A stretch of DNA of 64,000 nucleotides from Amoebidium appalachense (Eukaryota > Protista > Ichthyosporea), in contig CAVNZM010000006.1 in NCBI GenBank assembly GCA_963693365.1, forward strand, positions 8,184,855 through 8,248,854, written 5' to 3'. Each line of letters opens with the position of its first letter. Position 1 is the first letter of the stretch. This document shows, in pieces, positions 1 to 24,243 of this stretch. Both the position numbers and the translations under genes were made by a program. The notes beneath the pieces are model-generated. The model worked only from the letters and a program-made list of their open reading frames with translations, did not search any database and was not told the origin of the DNA.

Positions 1-923
1 CAAGACAAAAATGTGCATGCAGGCACCTTCGTCAGAAGTTACTCAATTGCAGCTATTCCAGGGAAGACTTAGTGTGAGTCGTGACGTCGATATTTACCAT
101 GGCCAGCATCTCTTTCTATGAATAATTGATTTCATTGGAATTGCGCACGTGTGCATACATCCACCTACTCGTACATGAAAATGAAACGCTTGCGTTGTTA
201 CGCGCGTGCTTGGTTCCTAGCTACGTGCGTGACACAGGCGCGCTCGTGCAGCTGCAGCACGGCACATGACTAATATAGTACTATCGCTGTGCACGTGATC
301 GGATTCCATCATTTCCATGGAAAGTTCTAAGAGATCCAAAAGATATTCAGCGCTCCGATTGGCTCGGAGAGCACCATGCCTTGCTCCAAATAGATCTAGA
401 TCTTTCTTTCTGAGAATAGCGCAGTGTGGGGGAAGCTGTGTGGGGACGGGATAGCGCGCGTGAATTTGCACGCTGCATGTAAACCTCCGGTCAAAACGTA
501 ACTTACGGCGATAGTATGTGGGGTAAACCTACCCTTTCTTTTCTGTCACACGGTAAGAACGGGTGAAACATGTGTCTGGTAGAAGCGGAAACGTTTTTTC
601 ACTGACCCGCTAACTAGGCCGGAATAGCCTGAGTGCATATGCACCTGAACGGGTTTTCAAATGTGCTCACAAAACGGTAATGAATGCTAACAATTGTATG
701 AGAAACGACGTCAATTTCTTTCTTAATAACGAAATTTTTTCTTTCACACAGGAGAAAAAATTGTGCTCCTAACAGTCGAGATTTTTTGATACGAAGGCCT
801 GTCTTTGTGTTAATTAGCAGAAACTTTTTGCTTCTTCTTGGAGCCTTACAAGGACTTGCACGAAAACTTTAGCTGAACCTCCTCGCTATCCCAACTATTG
901 GGTTCAATTTTAACAAAACGAAA

Positions 924-11621
<10,698 letters not shown>

Positions 11622-11648
<27 letters not shown>

Positions 11649-12330
11649 TGACTTATGATTACATATCTGGAAAGAAATCCGTTTATGGCCACTTAAATGT
11701 GATAGGCTCTAGCGGCTATAATATGGAAGGATATCATTAGATGGTCTTATGAATGTACTCCTGGCGATATGTGGGTGATAGGGTGTAGTTACTGATGATT
11801 GCTTAATATGGAAAGATTTACATACGTGGTCACGTGAATGTACTTCATACAGGTGAAAGGGTGTGGCAACTGATAAATCGAATTGCTTGATATGAAAGAT
11901 AACCATATATGGCAAATGAACGATCTACATAAATGTAGGTGATAGGGTGTAGCAATTGATAGTTACTAATTATGGAGGGATATGCATATATGGTCACATG
12001 AATGTACTCCACCAATGTAGGTGATAGGGTGTGGCATATCAATGCATCATACCTAAGGATTTCCAAACATGGATGCATAATGTACTCCACAAATGTAGTT
12101 GATAGGGTGTGGCAACTGGTAAGTGCCCTATATAAAAGAATATCATCATAGTATATATGTGCACATGAAATTAAGTGTATGTGATAAGGTGAAGCGATTG
12201 ATGATTGCTTGATATGGAAGGACATCTATATTTGGTAACATGAATGTACTCACCTTGTACAAATTTGGGTGATAGAGTGTAAGTGACAATTGCTTATTAT
12301 AATTGTATCTATGTATGGTCACATGAATGT
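11622..12330. repeat. Degenerate tandem repeat (unit roughly 65-90 bp, about 9 copies) at the GPCR 3' end
   Basis: Recurring core aatgtact...tgtaggtgatagggtgt...tatggaag at about 11637, 11701, 11777, 11853, 11941, 12022, 12101, 12183 and 12271. Confidence 0.75.
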
Positions 12331-12590
12331 AGTACAACAGACTGTCAATCTTGGTACACATACAATATGCAAATAACTCACAAATTTACGGGTCGCTCGC
12401 TAAACTTTGGCAGTCAAATCCTCAGAAACCCCATAGAAACCCCCAGAAAGAAGTATTTTTTGTCTGCTACTATCTTATTTCCGGGACTCTGATATGTGAC
12501 ATCTAAGCGCCTGTTCTTCCTTACGTTGAGTCCGATTGAATATTGTAGGACAACTCGGGGGACTCAGGGGCCGGGGGAGGGAGAGAGAGA

Positions 12591-12647
<57 letters not shown>

Positions 12648-13510
12648 CGTTTTTGCACCCACATCTATCATCGGTGGAAACAAGAAGTCACTGATGAAGA
12701 ACGATTCGACAATTTACAAGGGGGGGGGGGGGAGGGGGGGGGGGGGGGGGGGAGGCTGCGGATTTCGCAACGTAAGAGGACTAGTCAGGAGCAGGGGTGT
12801 GTGGATATGTACGTGGGTTTCACGGGGTGTGGGGTGTGTGTGTGTGTGTGTCTGTTTTTTTTTCTTCTTTTCTTTTCGTTTTTTTTTTCTTTTTTTTTTT
12901 TTTTTGGGGGGGGGGGGGATACAATGATGAACTGAGTGCCTCATTGACAACCGTTATGCCGCGCAGTGTGTACATGTTGCATGTGTGTGTTTTCATTGTC
13001 AGTGCGTGTGTGTATGTGGCAGCAGTGGTGGGTGGTGATTGTGACATGTATGTATGTACGTGGGTGCACGTGCGGGCAGGGGGCACATGCAGCTTTTCAT
13101 CCTCTTTGAACTCTTTTGTTCTGAAATCAAGAGCCAAGATGTTGGTTTTGACCTCTGGGGCATACTTCTTCAACTACTGAGACTGCCAGGATATACATAC
13201 TACATTGTCAGCATGAAAATTGAACACGTTTACTCTTAACATGCAAACATTGACTGCTAGCTCTTAGAAACATTTCAAACTGTACAAATTTGCATTCGTT
13301 TTTGGTACAATTCACGTTCATCCGCAGTCACCTTTTAGAAAACCCATTGCCAATTTACATACGTCATGAACCTCCACCTCGGCTCGTCCCATTCATTCAT
13401 AGATCTTTCCTTTCGCAAACACGAATACTATCTCACAACCTGACTACATTTTCACTACGTATGCAGCAGTGTTAACAAAGACCTGAACCACACCTTCATT
13501 CCCATGAAGA

Positions 13511-13542
<32 letters not shown>

Positions 13543-13566
13543 CGCAATCCAAGTAGATACTTGGCC

Positions 13567-15195
13567 TCAACTCATTGGTCCAGGACCATGATCAATGGCA
13601 TGCCACCTAATCCAACGAGGCTCAGACATTATACTTGCACCCCTCCTCCCAGGCCTTCGGGTGCCGCTTGAACTGGCCCTCATGGCATACTCAAAGCGTG
13701 CATGCAGTACCTGAGTCAAAAACTGATCCAAGGTATGAATTGATACGACCATTCGCGTGAACGTTGTCCACCCGACGCACGCAAACACATGATGAGGCTT
13801 CAACCAGGTAAACAACGTGGACACCGTAAACATAACCACCAAAAATGAAAAACTGCGAATGTTAGAATACAGGTCATTAAAGTGGATCGACGCGCTCCGC
13901 GCCTTATACGCATAGTATGCCAACACGGGCGCAAACACGGTCGGAAGTGCCACTAGACCCGCGATAGCGTACACAGCACCTTCCGGGCGGTGTAGATATA
14001 CTACTCTCCACACAATAAACCCCGGCATCGCCAAAACCACAGCCAAAATTGAATATCCTGCGGAACCCAAAAGGAGGTCCTTTTCCTTCAGCTGGTTGAG
14101 ACTCGGCCCAAACACGTGCGCAATCATTCGTTGTCGCAGGACCATGACCGAAAACCACGACGCAAACAGGAAAATCTGTATCGTGTACGCGGCAAAGATG
14201 TAGTTTGCGGCCAGTACGAGCCGCTCTTGCAAGACCTCAGGTTGGCGGTAATCGAGATCCATTGAAAATTCGTTTAATTGGTATTGGCTTGCGGCCGCCA
14301 TGTGCAGGCTGTTGGCGACAACCAAAAGTGCAAAGGTGAATATTAAAACAAGGTACAGTTGCCCCCTCGACCGGACGACTGGGTGCCTCCGATTTAGGCA
14401 CACGATGCACACGATAAGCAGGAATGGAACAAGGTTCAGCACGGTAAAAACCATTTCCAAAAAAAAGAGCCCCGTGGACTTTTGCAAGGCGACCTTCATC
14501 GTCGTTCTGAAATCTGCCACCCCAGCGTCCAGCATTGCATTTGCCCGGGCCATTTCAGTCTCATTCCCCGCCGCACTCGCCATCATTCTAGAATGATTTG
14601 CGTGGGTAGCTTTCAATGCATCTGCACTATTGAAAACAAGCGCATACGGCGCAACCATTGTCGTCCTGGCACACAAATACAGAAATATTGCCTCCATGGC
14701 GATGGTTATCAGCATCACGGTGAAATTCGCTACAAAAGTCAAGCGTAGGTACGACTTTGCAAGTCGTAACCGCTTCGCCCTTAATATTCTCCTGTCTGCT
14801 TCCACCGTCAGCGACAGATTTTGCGCCGTGGATGGTGGCACGTTTGTATCATGTCTTGCTGTTTCGTGATGCGTCTCCACCGTCACACTTCTTCGTGTCT
14901 CATTCGCACCGTCTTTGAACATAACTTGCTTGGACTTGCAAGAGAAATTGTCGACCGACTCGACGAGACAAGATTCCCGTGCGCGTGACTGAGAATTACT
15001 CCCGCTAGAGCCCGGATCATCCTTGGTGACATTTTGACCCTCCTGGGTTTTCTTGCTACATTCATCTAGGTTTGGGGCCCTCACACTATCTATGACTTGA
15101 TCACCTTCCAATAACTCTACGGGTTGGTGTCTCTGTGCTTCTTTGTCAACTGGCAAACCGGACGCCATGGGATGCTCAGGCTGACCTAGGTCCAT
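13567..15195 (-). CDS. Intronless multi-pass (7TM-like) membrane protein, possibly a divergent class C GPCR-like receptor
   Basis: 542-aa ATG-initiated ORF with a hydrophilic N-terminus and 7-8 hydrophobic segments. NRRHPVVRSRG after a TM helix and SIHFND before a late helix echo class C loop motifs. Confidence 0.65.
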   Translation of the reverse strand: MDLGQPEHPMASGLPVDKEAQRHQPVELLEGDQVIDSVRAPNLDECSKKTQEGQNVTKDDPGSSGSNSQSRARESCLVESVDNFSCKSKQVMFKDGANETRRSVTVETHHETARHDTNVPPSTAQNLSLTVEADRRILRAKRLRLAKSYLRLTFVANFTVMLITIAMEAIFLYLCARTTMVAPYALVFNSADALKATHANHSRMMASAAGNETEMARANAMLDAGVADFRTTMKVALQKSTGLFFLEMVFTVLNLVPFLLIVCIVCLNRRHPVVRSRGQLYLVLIFTFALLVVANSLHMAAASQYQLNEFSMDLDYRQPEVLQERLVLAANYIFAAYTIQIFLFASWFSVMVLRQRMIAHVFGPSLNQLKEKDLLLGSAGYSILAVVLAMPGFIVWRVVYLHRPEGAVYAIAGLVALPTVFAPVLAYYAYKARSASIHFNDLYSNIRSFSFLVVMFTVSTLFTWLKPHHVFACVGWTTFTRMVVSIHTLDQFLTQVLHARFEYAMRASSSGTRRPGRRGASIMSEPRWIRWHAIDHGPGPMS

Positions 15196-15949
15196 TTCCA
15201 GGTCAGACGTTGTTTAAGTTGTTGTGTGTGTGCTGTAGATAGAGTGGGAGAGCCATGGGTTTTCTTTTTGCCCCCGGCATTGCTTGCCACGCGTTAATTA
15301 CGTGCATTGAAACATGGAATTGCAGCCTACGACAGTGTACATTTATCAAGTAAATTACAACGTATATATGCACTCGTGCAAAGGCATATTAGGCCTAAAT
15401 CGTGGTTTTTGGTCAGTTTGTAGTGCTGGGAGGTGGCTGGACACAATGCATCTTGAAATGCGGCATTTGCAACTTTTGTGCCTAATCAGCATCCAATAAT
15501 ATCAGATCTGAAATACATACTTCTTGTGCCGTCACTCTTTACTCGCCCCAGTGAGTCATCGTGATTTGGTGCCCGCGAACAAGGTCACCAGAAGAATCAT
15601 TGGACTCGCGTTACTGCATTTTTCTGCATTGAACAAGTAACCAAGTAACCTGAGTAACAGAGGCCCCTTTGTTCACACACATATACAGCACATACTTAGC
15701 ATGTAATATAGGAAACCTTGAAAGCCCAGAAATCCTAAGCTTGACGTAGTGTTTTTGAGTTTGTTTAGGTATCCCGTATACTTTTGTTCCCATGTGGCTG
15801 ACCAATCAAATCGATCAGCTGCACCGCCATGTGTGACGTAGATATACATCGTCACCCCAGAAAAGGAAGCCCCCCAGATCAATAAACATCACGATGTAAA
15901 TTTTCTTTTGACTGGATTTATTCGACGGAAAGATAGGCAAGTATGCACG

Positions 15950-18900
15950 GCATACTGACAAGAAGACAATAAAAACTTCACGAGTTATCCAGTAACAAGT
16001 GCATACTGAGATACCTGAACACTGTGTGAAAATCATATAAATACTCAATGTGACGACCAACAGATTTAAACAAAAAGTCTAAAGTGTTCACGTTGCCAGC
16101 TAGTGTAGCAGACACCCGTAGGGAAAGAGGTAAAACGCGACATAAAAACTCACACCTATCAACATGCTTGCGATTAAAAAGGTCAGCACAAAAGTGGCAC
16201 CAGCGGCGATGAAAACAAGAATTACAGCGCCACTGCACAACTTCCCAGGCAATAACAACATCAGAGCACCATACAGACTTATCTACGAGGGTGGTATCCA
16301 TACGTACAGCAGGAGAAATGTATCCTGCCAAAGCTCCCAAAAAGCGATAATGATCAGTACGGTGTTGCCTAAGGAACATAACACATGCCGACTGAGTTTT
16401 ACCTTTGATTTCTCTATCAGAACGAGAAAGAAACTTATACTGCGTATGGTAGTAACGCGAAAAGGCAGAAAAAACAGGAAGAGAAAAGAAAGAGGGAGTG
16501 AGATAGCGAGAGGAAGAATCAGGTTGAAAGAGGGTAGGCTGAGGACATTCAGAAGTAGCGTTGGTGAATCGAGGGGGAAGAGGGATGGAGGGAGGGGGGG
16601 GGAACTTGAAGAAAGCATAAAGAGGGTGACCATCAGGTAGCCTAACTAAATGAAAACAAAAACGAAGAGACAATTCCTCCATACAACAAACAGCAGACGA
16701 CAATCCAAACATACTGATTAAGGGAGGCACAAACCGAGTACGAAAAAAAGTGCGCAGCGCAGTACCCTGAAAATCGTCGAACTCTTTCAGCGCCATGGCC
16801 GCCTCGCGAGGTGGGGCGCAGGCCAATAGCGGAAGTCCATATTCGAAAGTCGGCCGTAAAAAAGTTTTATAGTAGAGAAGAAGGTTCGCAGGATGGATCA
16901 TAGACTCCTGTTGAAACATATTTGACACGATGTGAAGCTTACCCTTCGCACGAGCGATCCGTGCCGTGAGGAGCTTGCGGAAATCAATACCCCGTGCAGT
17001 AAAAGGAATACCCAAATAGTCATAGGTGCTCTGAACAGGAATAGGAAGACCGGCCAATCGAAAGGAAGTGTTCTTCGAAAAAGTAGCACACTTTGCAATT
17101 CCGACTGTCATGAGATTCTCGGTGCACCATTGATCCACCTGACGAAGCATCTGGTGCATGACATCTTCGGTTAAGGAACAAAGAACAATATTGTCCGCAA
17201 AAAGGAGACCCGGTTAACACGGCGGGTATGCAGTTGGCCAAAGGGTTCGAGGGCGCAGGCTAAATCGTCAATGAAAACGTCAAACAACAACGGACTCAGG
17301 AGGGACCCCTGCAGAAGACCCCGAGAACGGGAAAAACCGGGTGTTAATGTTCCATTGACCGCCGCTCGTCCGCGAGTGGTATCGAACAACGCTTGCAGAA
17401 GACGGCCAAAGGGGGCTGGTAAGCCCCGCATAGCCAGCTTATGCCATAACAAACCAGTGGGTACGGTGTCGTAGGCGTTCTTAAGGTCGATGAAGACAAC
17501 GTGTGGAGAGCCAGAAGTAATGGATTCATGGAGTAACAGACTGTGAGTATAACACGAATAGGCATGACGAAAGCCCCCTTGAAGGGAAGAAAGACGGAAC
17601 ACGGCGTTTAAAGAATCGTCGGTGTTAAACGCGCGAAGCATGCAACCCTCGAAGAGCCGACGAAAAACGTTGGTAAGTGTGACGGGACGAAAGTCGTTAA
17701 TGACCCCCTGCGACACCTTCTTACGAACGGGCGTAACGATTGTGTCAAGCCACGAATTTGGAATCAACCCGAGTTCGAAAAAAGCCGAAAAAACTCACTA
17801 AGAAGGACAGCAAAAGGCGGGGGCGGGGGGGACTCTGCACGATTACGGGGCGGAAGCACGGGAGAAAGAACCTTGAAAAGCACGGGAGGAAGAGCATCCG
17901 GCCCGCACGCCTTGCGGGGTTTTAATGCCCGTATAGCACCAAAAACAGCCGAAGAGTTGAAATAACTATGAAAAGTGCCCGGGAACGATCGGTCCGGCTC
18001 CCAACTCGGCGGCTGGGAGAGGCCAGCGGGCGGTGATGGAACCGTGGACACGTTAGGAAGCGAAAATAGGGAAGCATAATAGTCATCGACAGGTTCAGCG
18101 ACGGAGATGGAAGGAGACGGGGCATAGACTTGCACGGAAGGCCCAAACCGACCGGCGGATTTCCAGACCGATAATGCTTCCTGTAGAGGCAACAACTGTC
18201 GTAGGGACTGCAAAACGTGAGACTGTCTCAGCCGAACGGAAGGGTACTCAACCGTGCCCACCACCTGCTCGCCAAGGGCAAATAGGAACTCAACAAACTC
18301 ATTATAACAAACCTCCAAAATAGCCGGGTTCCGCTGCGCACGGGCTGCGGCAAGAAAGAAGCCATGAACCTACTCATACTCCTTGACAGCGAGTAACTGG
18401 TTTAACTTGTGCTTGAAACCGCGAGATAAGAGGCGGCGGTTAGTCTGAGAGTAGCCCCGCCGAAGTGAACAGGGAAGGAAACCGAAAATTCTACAGGGGA
18501 ATGGTCCGAACTACGCCGAAAGGAATCGGGTGGGGAAATTACTCGAAGCCTTAGGGTGGAGTCCCAAAACGAGGCACCCCAGTCAGTCGCGTGGTTAGCA
18601 AAAACGCGAGGAAGAGGGACATGGTGCTTTCGAAGAAGGTTGGCGAGGACACGAGCACGGTCAGAAAAAGGACGAAACTGTGCTGGGGACGGGGTATGTT
18701 CCCTATCACACGGAACCACTGGACAATTGAAGTCACCAATAAAAACTTGAGAAACGGGAATTTGGTTAAACACGGCTGATAAAGTGTCAGTACCTAACGA
18801 TAAAGGAAAGTACACGAAAGACAAAGTCCACGCACGAAACTGAATGGTGACGAAATACTCATGCGCCGCAATGACCCTGCAATCCCAACGAATGCTAGGA

Positions 18901-19150
18901 TTGGCTAAAACCGCGATGCCGCCGCGGTAGAAACCAGTCGATGACGACGACCCAATGTAAATGGGGCTTCCGGGGCCCGGGTACCATATCAGGAGCGGGC
19001 AATTTTTGAATTCTCCCTCCCCGGCCCCGCCGGGGAAAATTTGAGGTTTTTGGACCTCAAAGAAGTCAAATCCTGCAAAATCCACTACCGGGAGGCCAAA
19101 AAGGGTGATTTCACAAAAAAGGAGGGTCATACATGAAAAAGAGAAAATGG
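15950..19150 (-). mobile_element. Degenerate non-LTR retrotransposon (LINE) ORF2: APE endonuclease plus reverse transcriptase
   Basis: APE motifs GGIAVL, FIGDFN, SDHSPV (18402-19000). RT motifs KACGPDAL, FRPVTL, QGGFR, FIDLKNAYDTV, GLLQGSLLSPLLF, and YLGI downstream. Split by stops and frameshifts; the catalytic motif reads FADN at about 17195. Confidence 0.92.
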
Positions 19151-20484
19151 GCGAGTTCAGTGGGCTGCCGATAAGTATATTTCGTGCTGGGCCGGTATAC
19201 ATGCTGCCGTGGTTGTTGCTGTAGACGGCAGTATGGCATTGCATGTGTCACGTGACATGCACGTGAATACGACCATGTGCAGGCACTGAGTCTAGGGGGA
19301 TTTGTGTGTGTGTTTTGGAGCACCGACAAGGCAGAGCCAGGGTGAGGGATGTGTAAACATGGAGTTTAGGGAGATCGTGCTGCTATTGTAACATGTGCAC
19401 AAAACAGCCACGTGCACCACACTCCGGTGTACAGAACAATAATACGCACATTATTGCGTCACTGTAATATCATGTATGCGCATGCCGCACAAGGTTTAGG
19501 AGACCACCACAGTATATGCTATTTTCTTTTGGTTGATATCCATGTAGGAATGGTGTGTTGCAGTTGTCATGATCAGCCTGAGGCAGGCACGTGCACTCAC
19601 TGAATTACTAGAACTCATGAATAAAAAATACATTCGCTAAAAATGGCAAGGTAAATTTGGGGCCAAGCTATTATTTCCCCCTTTTAAACGTTTTTTTAGC
19701 TCCAAGAACTTCGACGCCAAAATTTCTATATTTGGCCATCGTATATGATAATGAACACGTGTACTTAAAGTAGTTATATAAATATGAGCGGCCCATTACA
19801 AATACAGTGACGAAAAACAGTGACCCACGAGCAGTTTTTCTTTCTATCCCCCCCGTATGATCTCAGCAACTTTAAAGTAGTCACAAAGTTTAGTTATTTT
19901 CATTATTTTCATTGCTCTGAACTCTATTACTCTGAAGCTTTAACGATCACCGTGCATGTGCCGCAAGATAACAACCCTATATGTGTGCAGCTGCAGCCTG
20001 CAGGTTAGACTCGCTGAAAAGACAATTGTCAGTGTGCATCCGACGCTTGCAGCTGCAGCTAGCCTCTGCAACATTAATACTTGCCAAGTGAATGCTCTTA
20101 CACTTGATCATCATTCACTCAAAAAACCGAGGACCGACAGATTAAATATTAATGTCGATCCGAATGATCAGCAAGTGTCTATGTGTACTACTACTATATA
20201 CACACACACGTAAAAAGCGAAGCTATCAGTTACAAGGCACACCTGCTGCACTGGCACACATACACATACACACCGGCAGATCGATGCTGTCAAAATTTAC
20301 TTTCATGTACTTCGTAGGTCCGACACAGGTGCACATGAACACGTACATATGTGCAAGCTGCGCACACACCACACCACACATACACACACACACACACTCT
20401 CACACACACACACGGACACACGCACGCACGCACACACACACACGCACACACACACGCACGCGCGCGCGCGCGCGCGCGCGCGCA

Positions 20485-20538
<54 letters not shown>

Positions 20539-20811
20539 TACACACATCACTGGGTGCGCTCGCTGGGGATTAGTTTTTTGGCACACTGTTGACTTTATCG
20601 TGTGTTTATTATTTGCTATTTATTGGCCAGCGGCCAACATTTAAAAATATATATACCTAAAAATAAATACTGACTGCGGCCAGCAGACATTATACACCTT
20701 CCAAGACACATGAACACCAATAGTCTAACACACCATACTCTCGATCACAAAGAATTACTAACGAACAGAGAAAAGTGCAAAGGCTCTGTACTATTACTCA
20801 GATTCTAAATT

Positions 20812-22567
20812 TTAATTCTTAACAGTAAACTTCGGAATGAAAGCTAGTCCCCCCCCCCCCCTTAACATGACTGTACGAAGAACAGGTATAACTTGAAGCG
20901 CTACAACACATATGAGATCCGCTACATTGGTGTACATTCCAATATTAGACACTAGTTTGGCTACTCCGAGTCTGACTACTCTGAGATCCTGATTGGCTGC
21001 CTGCAGACTTGCGGCCACGATTACTTTGCTTTCGATCGTGCCATTGCAGCTGCGTCTCTCCAGCAGGTGGCAACGCCAGGCCCAGCACAGCAGATGCACG
21101 AGAAGGGGGTGGGACTCGGAACTGCCCACCAGCCGAGGGCTGGCCCACATGGCCCAAGTAAGGACTCCATGGGGACCGTGCTGCGGCAGTAGCCCAGGCA
21201 TGGGGAAGGCAGGGCCGAGCTGAGGCGGCATGATGCCCCACGGTGGGGGCCAGCCATGTGGGTGATGAGGGCCTGGATGGGGTGCAGGGGGCATGTGCGG
21301 CACATGGCCCTGCTGCATGTCAAGCGCGGGTGCTGGTGGCATGGCATCCTGATTGGCTGCAACCCAACATGGGCAGCTCTTGGCCCGATTGGAGCCGGGG
21401 CAGCCCTTGCCCTGGCGGCCACACGCCTTGCAGGTCTTGGGGGCTCTCTGGGGTGGCTGCATAGGAGGGGGCACCGGCAAATCCATCTGCAGGGGCCCCT
21501 CAGGGCCAATGTTGCGATGCTTCTTGCCCACACGCATGGGCAAGGGCCGCTCACGCTGCGCCCCTGCATCGACACCGTCTGGAACAGGGAGGGGTGGCAG
21601 GGGGGCAGGCCGTATGGTTGCTGGCACAGCGTCTGCCCTCTCCTCGCGCATACGCTTGCGGTGATCTGCCAGGCCCTCGTGTGTGGAGCGCTGTGCATGT
21701 GCCGTCTGCCAGGTCTTCCACTTGTCGAAATGCTTCTTGATGTAGGCCGCATCCTTCATGTAGATTCCCCCAGCCGCAGAGGCAGCCTTGTTGAAGTCTT
21801 GGGCCAAAACCTCGAACAGCTGCCAGTGGCCGTTGGGCTTTGCATGTGCCTTGTAGGTGCCCAGGAGCAGCGTGCTGAATAGCTTGCGCTCCTGAGGGGT
21901 AAGCACCGGAAGGAACGGGATGGCTACATGTTGCTTCTGCGCCAGGAACTTGTAGTCGCCCCTCAGTGCAGGGTCCGGCTGTGGTGCACCACGCGCCACC
22001 TGGTTGCCCCCCCCCCATGGCAGCACCGTCACCCTCCTCGACCTCACAGTCCTCTCGCCCGCCCATTACGCCATTGGCTGCAGGCTCGTTGTTATCAGAC
22101 GGAGGTGGGGGTGCGGGCACCGCAACTGGCTCCTGCGCCGGGGCATTGGCCACACAGGAGAGCGGGGCAAAGTTGAAGTACTCCTCCGGTAGCTTGTAGC
22201 AGCCCACGGGTACCCACTGGTGGTCGAGGTGATGGCCGTACAGCATCAGGGCCAGTGCCTCCATGTCGTCAACAATCCAGGGGCTGTAGTGGGGGGGGCC
22301 CGATGCCTGGCCCAGGCGGTTGCGGTAGTGTGCACGCAGGTTGTGGCGGTGGCGCCTATTGGACATGGTGGCGTCCAGCAGGCGCAGCGACATGCGTGTG
22401 GCCCCAAAGTGGGTGGCCAGGGGGTTGTGCACTGCCCCCTCCACCTCGTTGGTGCCCCGGATGCAGCGGTAGCGCATGAGCCCATCTGCGTCGGCAGTGG
22501 TCTCGTAGTAGAGGGGCAGGCCGGGGGGGTCCGACAGACAGCCATTTTGGGCGTGTTCGAGCAGCGA
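20812..22567 (-). pseudogene. 3' fragment of a putative transposase-like gene (resembles the DUF6729-associated family), frameshifted at the C-run near 22010
   Basis: CLSDPPGLPLYY...YRCIRGTNEVEGAVH motif, then a CKACG...C cluster and a Pro-rich tail in the next frame. Splice acceptor cccccacag at 22568-22576 on the minus strand. No upstream exon was identified before the repeats that start at 22975. Confidence 0.5.
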
Positions 22568-22627
22568 CTGTGGGGGCACAAGCAAACATCAGAGAGATGG
22601 GTGGGTGGTGGTGGCGGTAGTGTGTGT

Positions 22628-22658
<31 letters not shown>

Positions 22659-22735
22659 GGGGATGGGGTTGCTCAGGACAAAAAGGAGCAGGGAAAGGCA
22701 AAAAACAACTGGCTAGGCAGCAAGGGCCGTGCGGG

Positions 22736-22815
<80 letters not shown>

Positions 22816-22974
22816 ATGTTTGGGGGGGGGGGGGGGAGGGGGGAGGGGAGGGAGGCTAGGGTGTGCGTGTGTGTGCAGATGAACCAAGGATGACAAATAA
22901 GCGAAGAATCTTTCTGTGGTGGTGGAGTTGTTGGGCGCCTGCGGGGGGAGGGGGGGGGGGGGATGTTGCCTCGA

Positions 22975-23330
22975 GTGACATATACTAATCCGTCTCAGCA
23001 GATCAGCCTAAGTCTACGATCGAGATCGGGGGGGGGGGGGGGGGGGGGGGGTGGCCCGGGTCCACAGATCATCAAGTCCGGGGCCTCAAGATAGCTGTAC
23101 AGCTGCGTGCATCTTGCCTCTGCCGGCGCAGGGCAGGACCACGTCAGCTGGAGCAGCCGACCAATAGAATTCTAATTAGTGTGTAGGATAGATCAGTTGG
23201 AGGACTTAGGAATGTGATATGTTCGGGCAGAACTGCCCTTTTGTAAATATTGGCAAGTTTTGATAGTGTATGTTGCCAAACGTATTTATATATTTCGATG
23301 TAGAGGAAAGGGGGGAGGGAGGGGGGGGGA
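22975..23330 (+). repeat. Truncated copy of the putative Gypsy LTR at 26601
   Basis: About 355-bp direct repeat of 26600-26958 (gtgacatatactaatccgtctcagcag...); it ends where the Copia LTR begins. Confidence 0.85.
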
Positions 23331-24060
23331 TGTTGTTTTGTACGGGTCTAAGGGAGCAGAGTGCACAGAGGTGTCATGTAAAACACGACTAACACATTAA
23401 TGAGAGGGCAATCGGAGTTGTTCACGAGACATTGAAAGATTTCAAACAACAACTGATTCTTTATTGTGCTCTCGGTTCCTTTTGTACTTGTGACTTATCA
23501 CCTTATCACAACTAAAGAGGGAGAACCAATCGGTTCTATCAGAAGATAGAAAAACACATTCCGTCAGAGCATACGCATTCCAACTTCCGATTAAACTAAA
23601 GTTTTAGAAACTCTTACTTAAATAAATTAAGTAATTATACATCTAGTCACTATTAACTCACATATATATTTATGTTCGTCTCTATAAAGAAACTTATTTA
23701 AATACATATTATTTCCTAATAGTCGACACTCTCAAAGTGAAGACACTTTGCAATAAACCGAATTCCATATATATCTATTGTCCAATCACAACACACATAT
23801 ATTAACAGACAGGAATGCACAACACGATCTACAGATGTACTCGCTCGCGACTATCGGCGAGCCATCCTTTTGAGAACAAAACTAAGCCATTTTGAAATAA
23901 AGGAAAGACAACGAGTGAGGCTAGCCAATCACGCTACCTCTCAGATAAACAGAGGAGAGCAAACAGAAATAAAATACAATAAGTTCTTATCAGGCAAGAG
24001 AGCCAGGTGTGCACAGATCTACAGATATCTGTGCCCACAGAAACGAGGGAGAGAGAGATA

Positions 24061-24091
<31 letters not shown>

Positions 24092-24093
24092 GG

Positions 24094-24151
<58 letters not shown>

Positions 24152-24243
24152 ACAAAGAAGGAAAGCAGACACGAATACAAACAAGCTAAGACACATACAT
24201 ACTTCAAGGCTCTTGCTGTCATACATGGTGACGTATTCCAACA
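23331..24243 (-). mobile_element. Copia 3' LTR (about 913 bp)
   Basis: TGTTG...CAACA termini; reverse complement of 29949-30842. Preceded on the minus strand by the PPT-like ttgagtgggga (24244-24254) and lies downstream of the RNase H stop. Confidence 0.88.

Noticed and set aside
13506-13537. Poly-A tail marking the 7TM gene as a retrocopy
   Set aside because: The A-run is on the plus strand while the gene is on the minus strand, so it reads as poly-T in sense.
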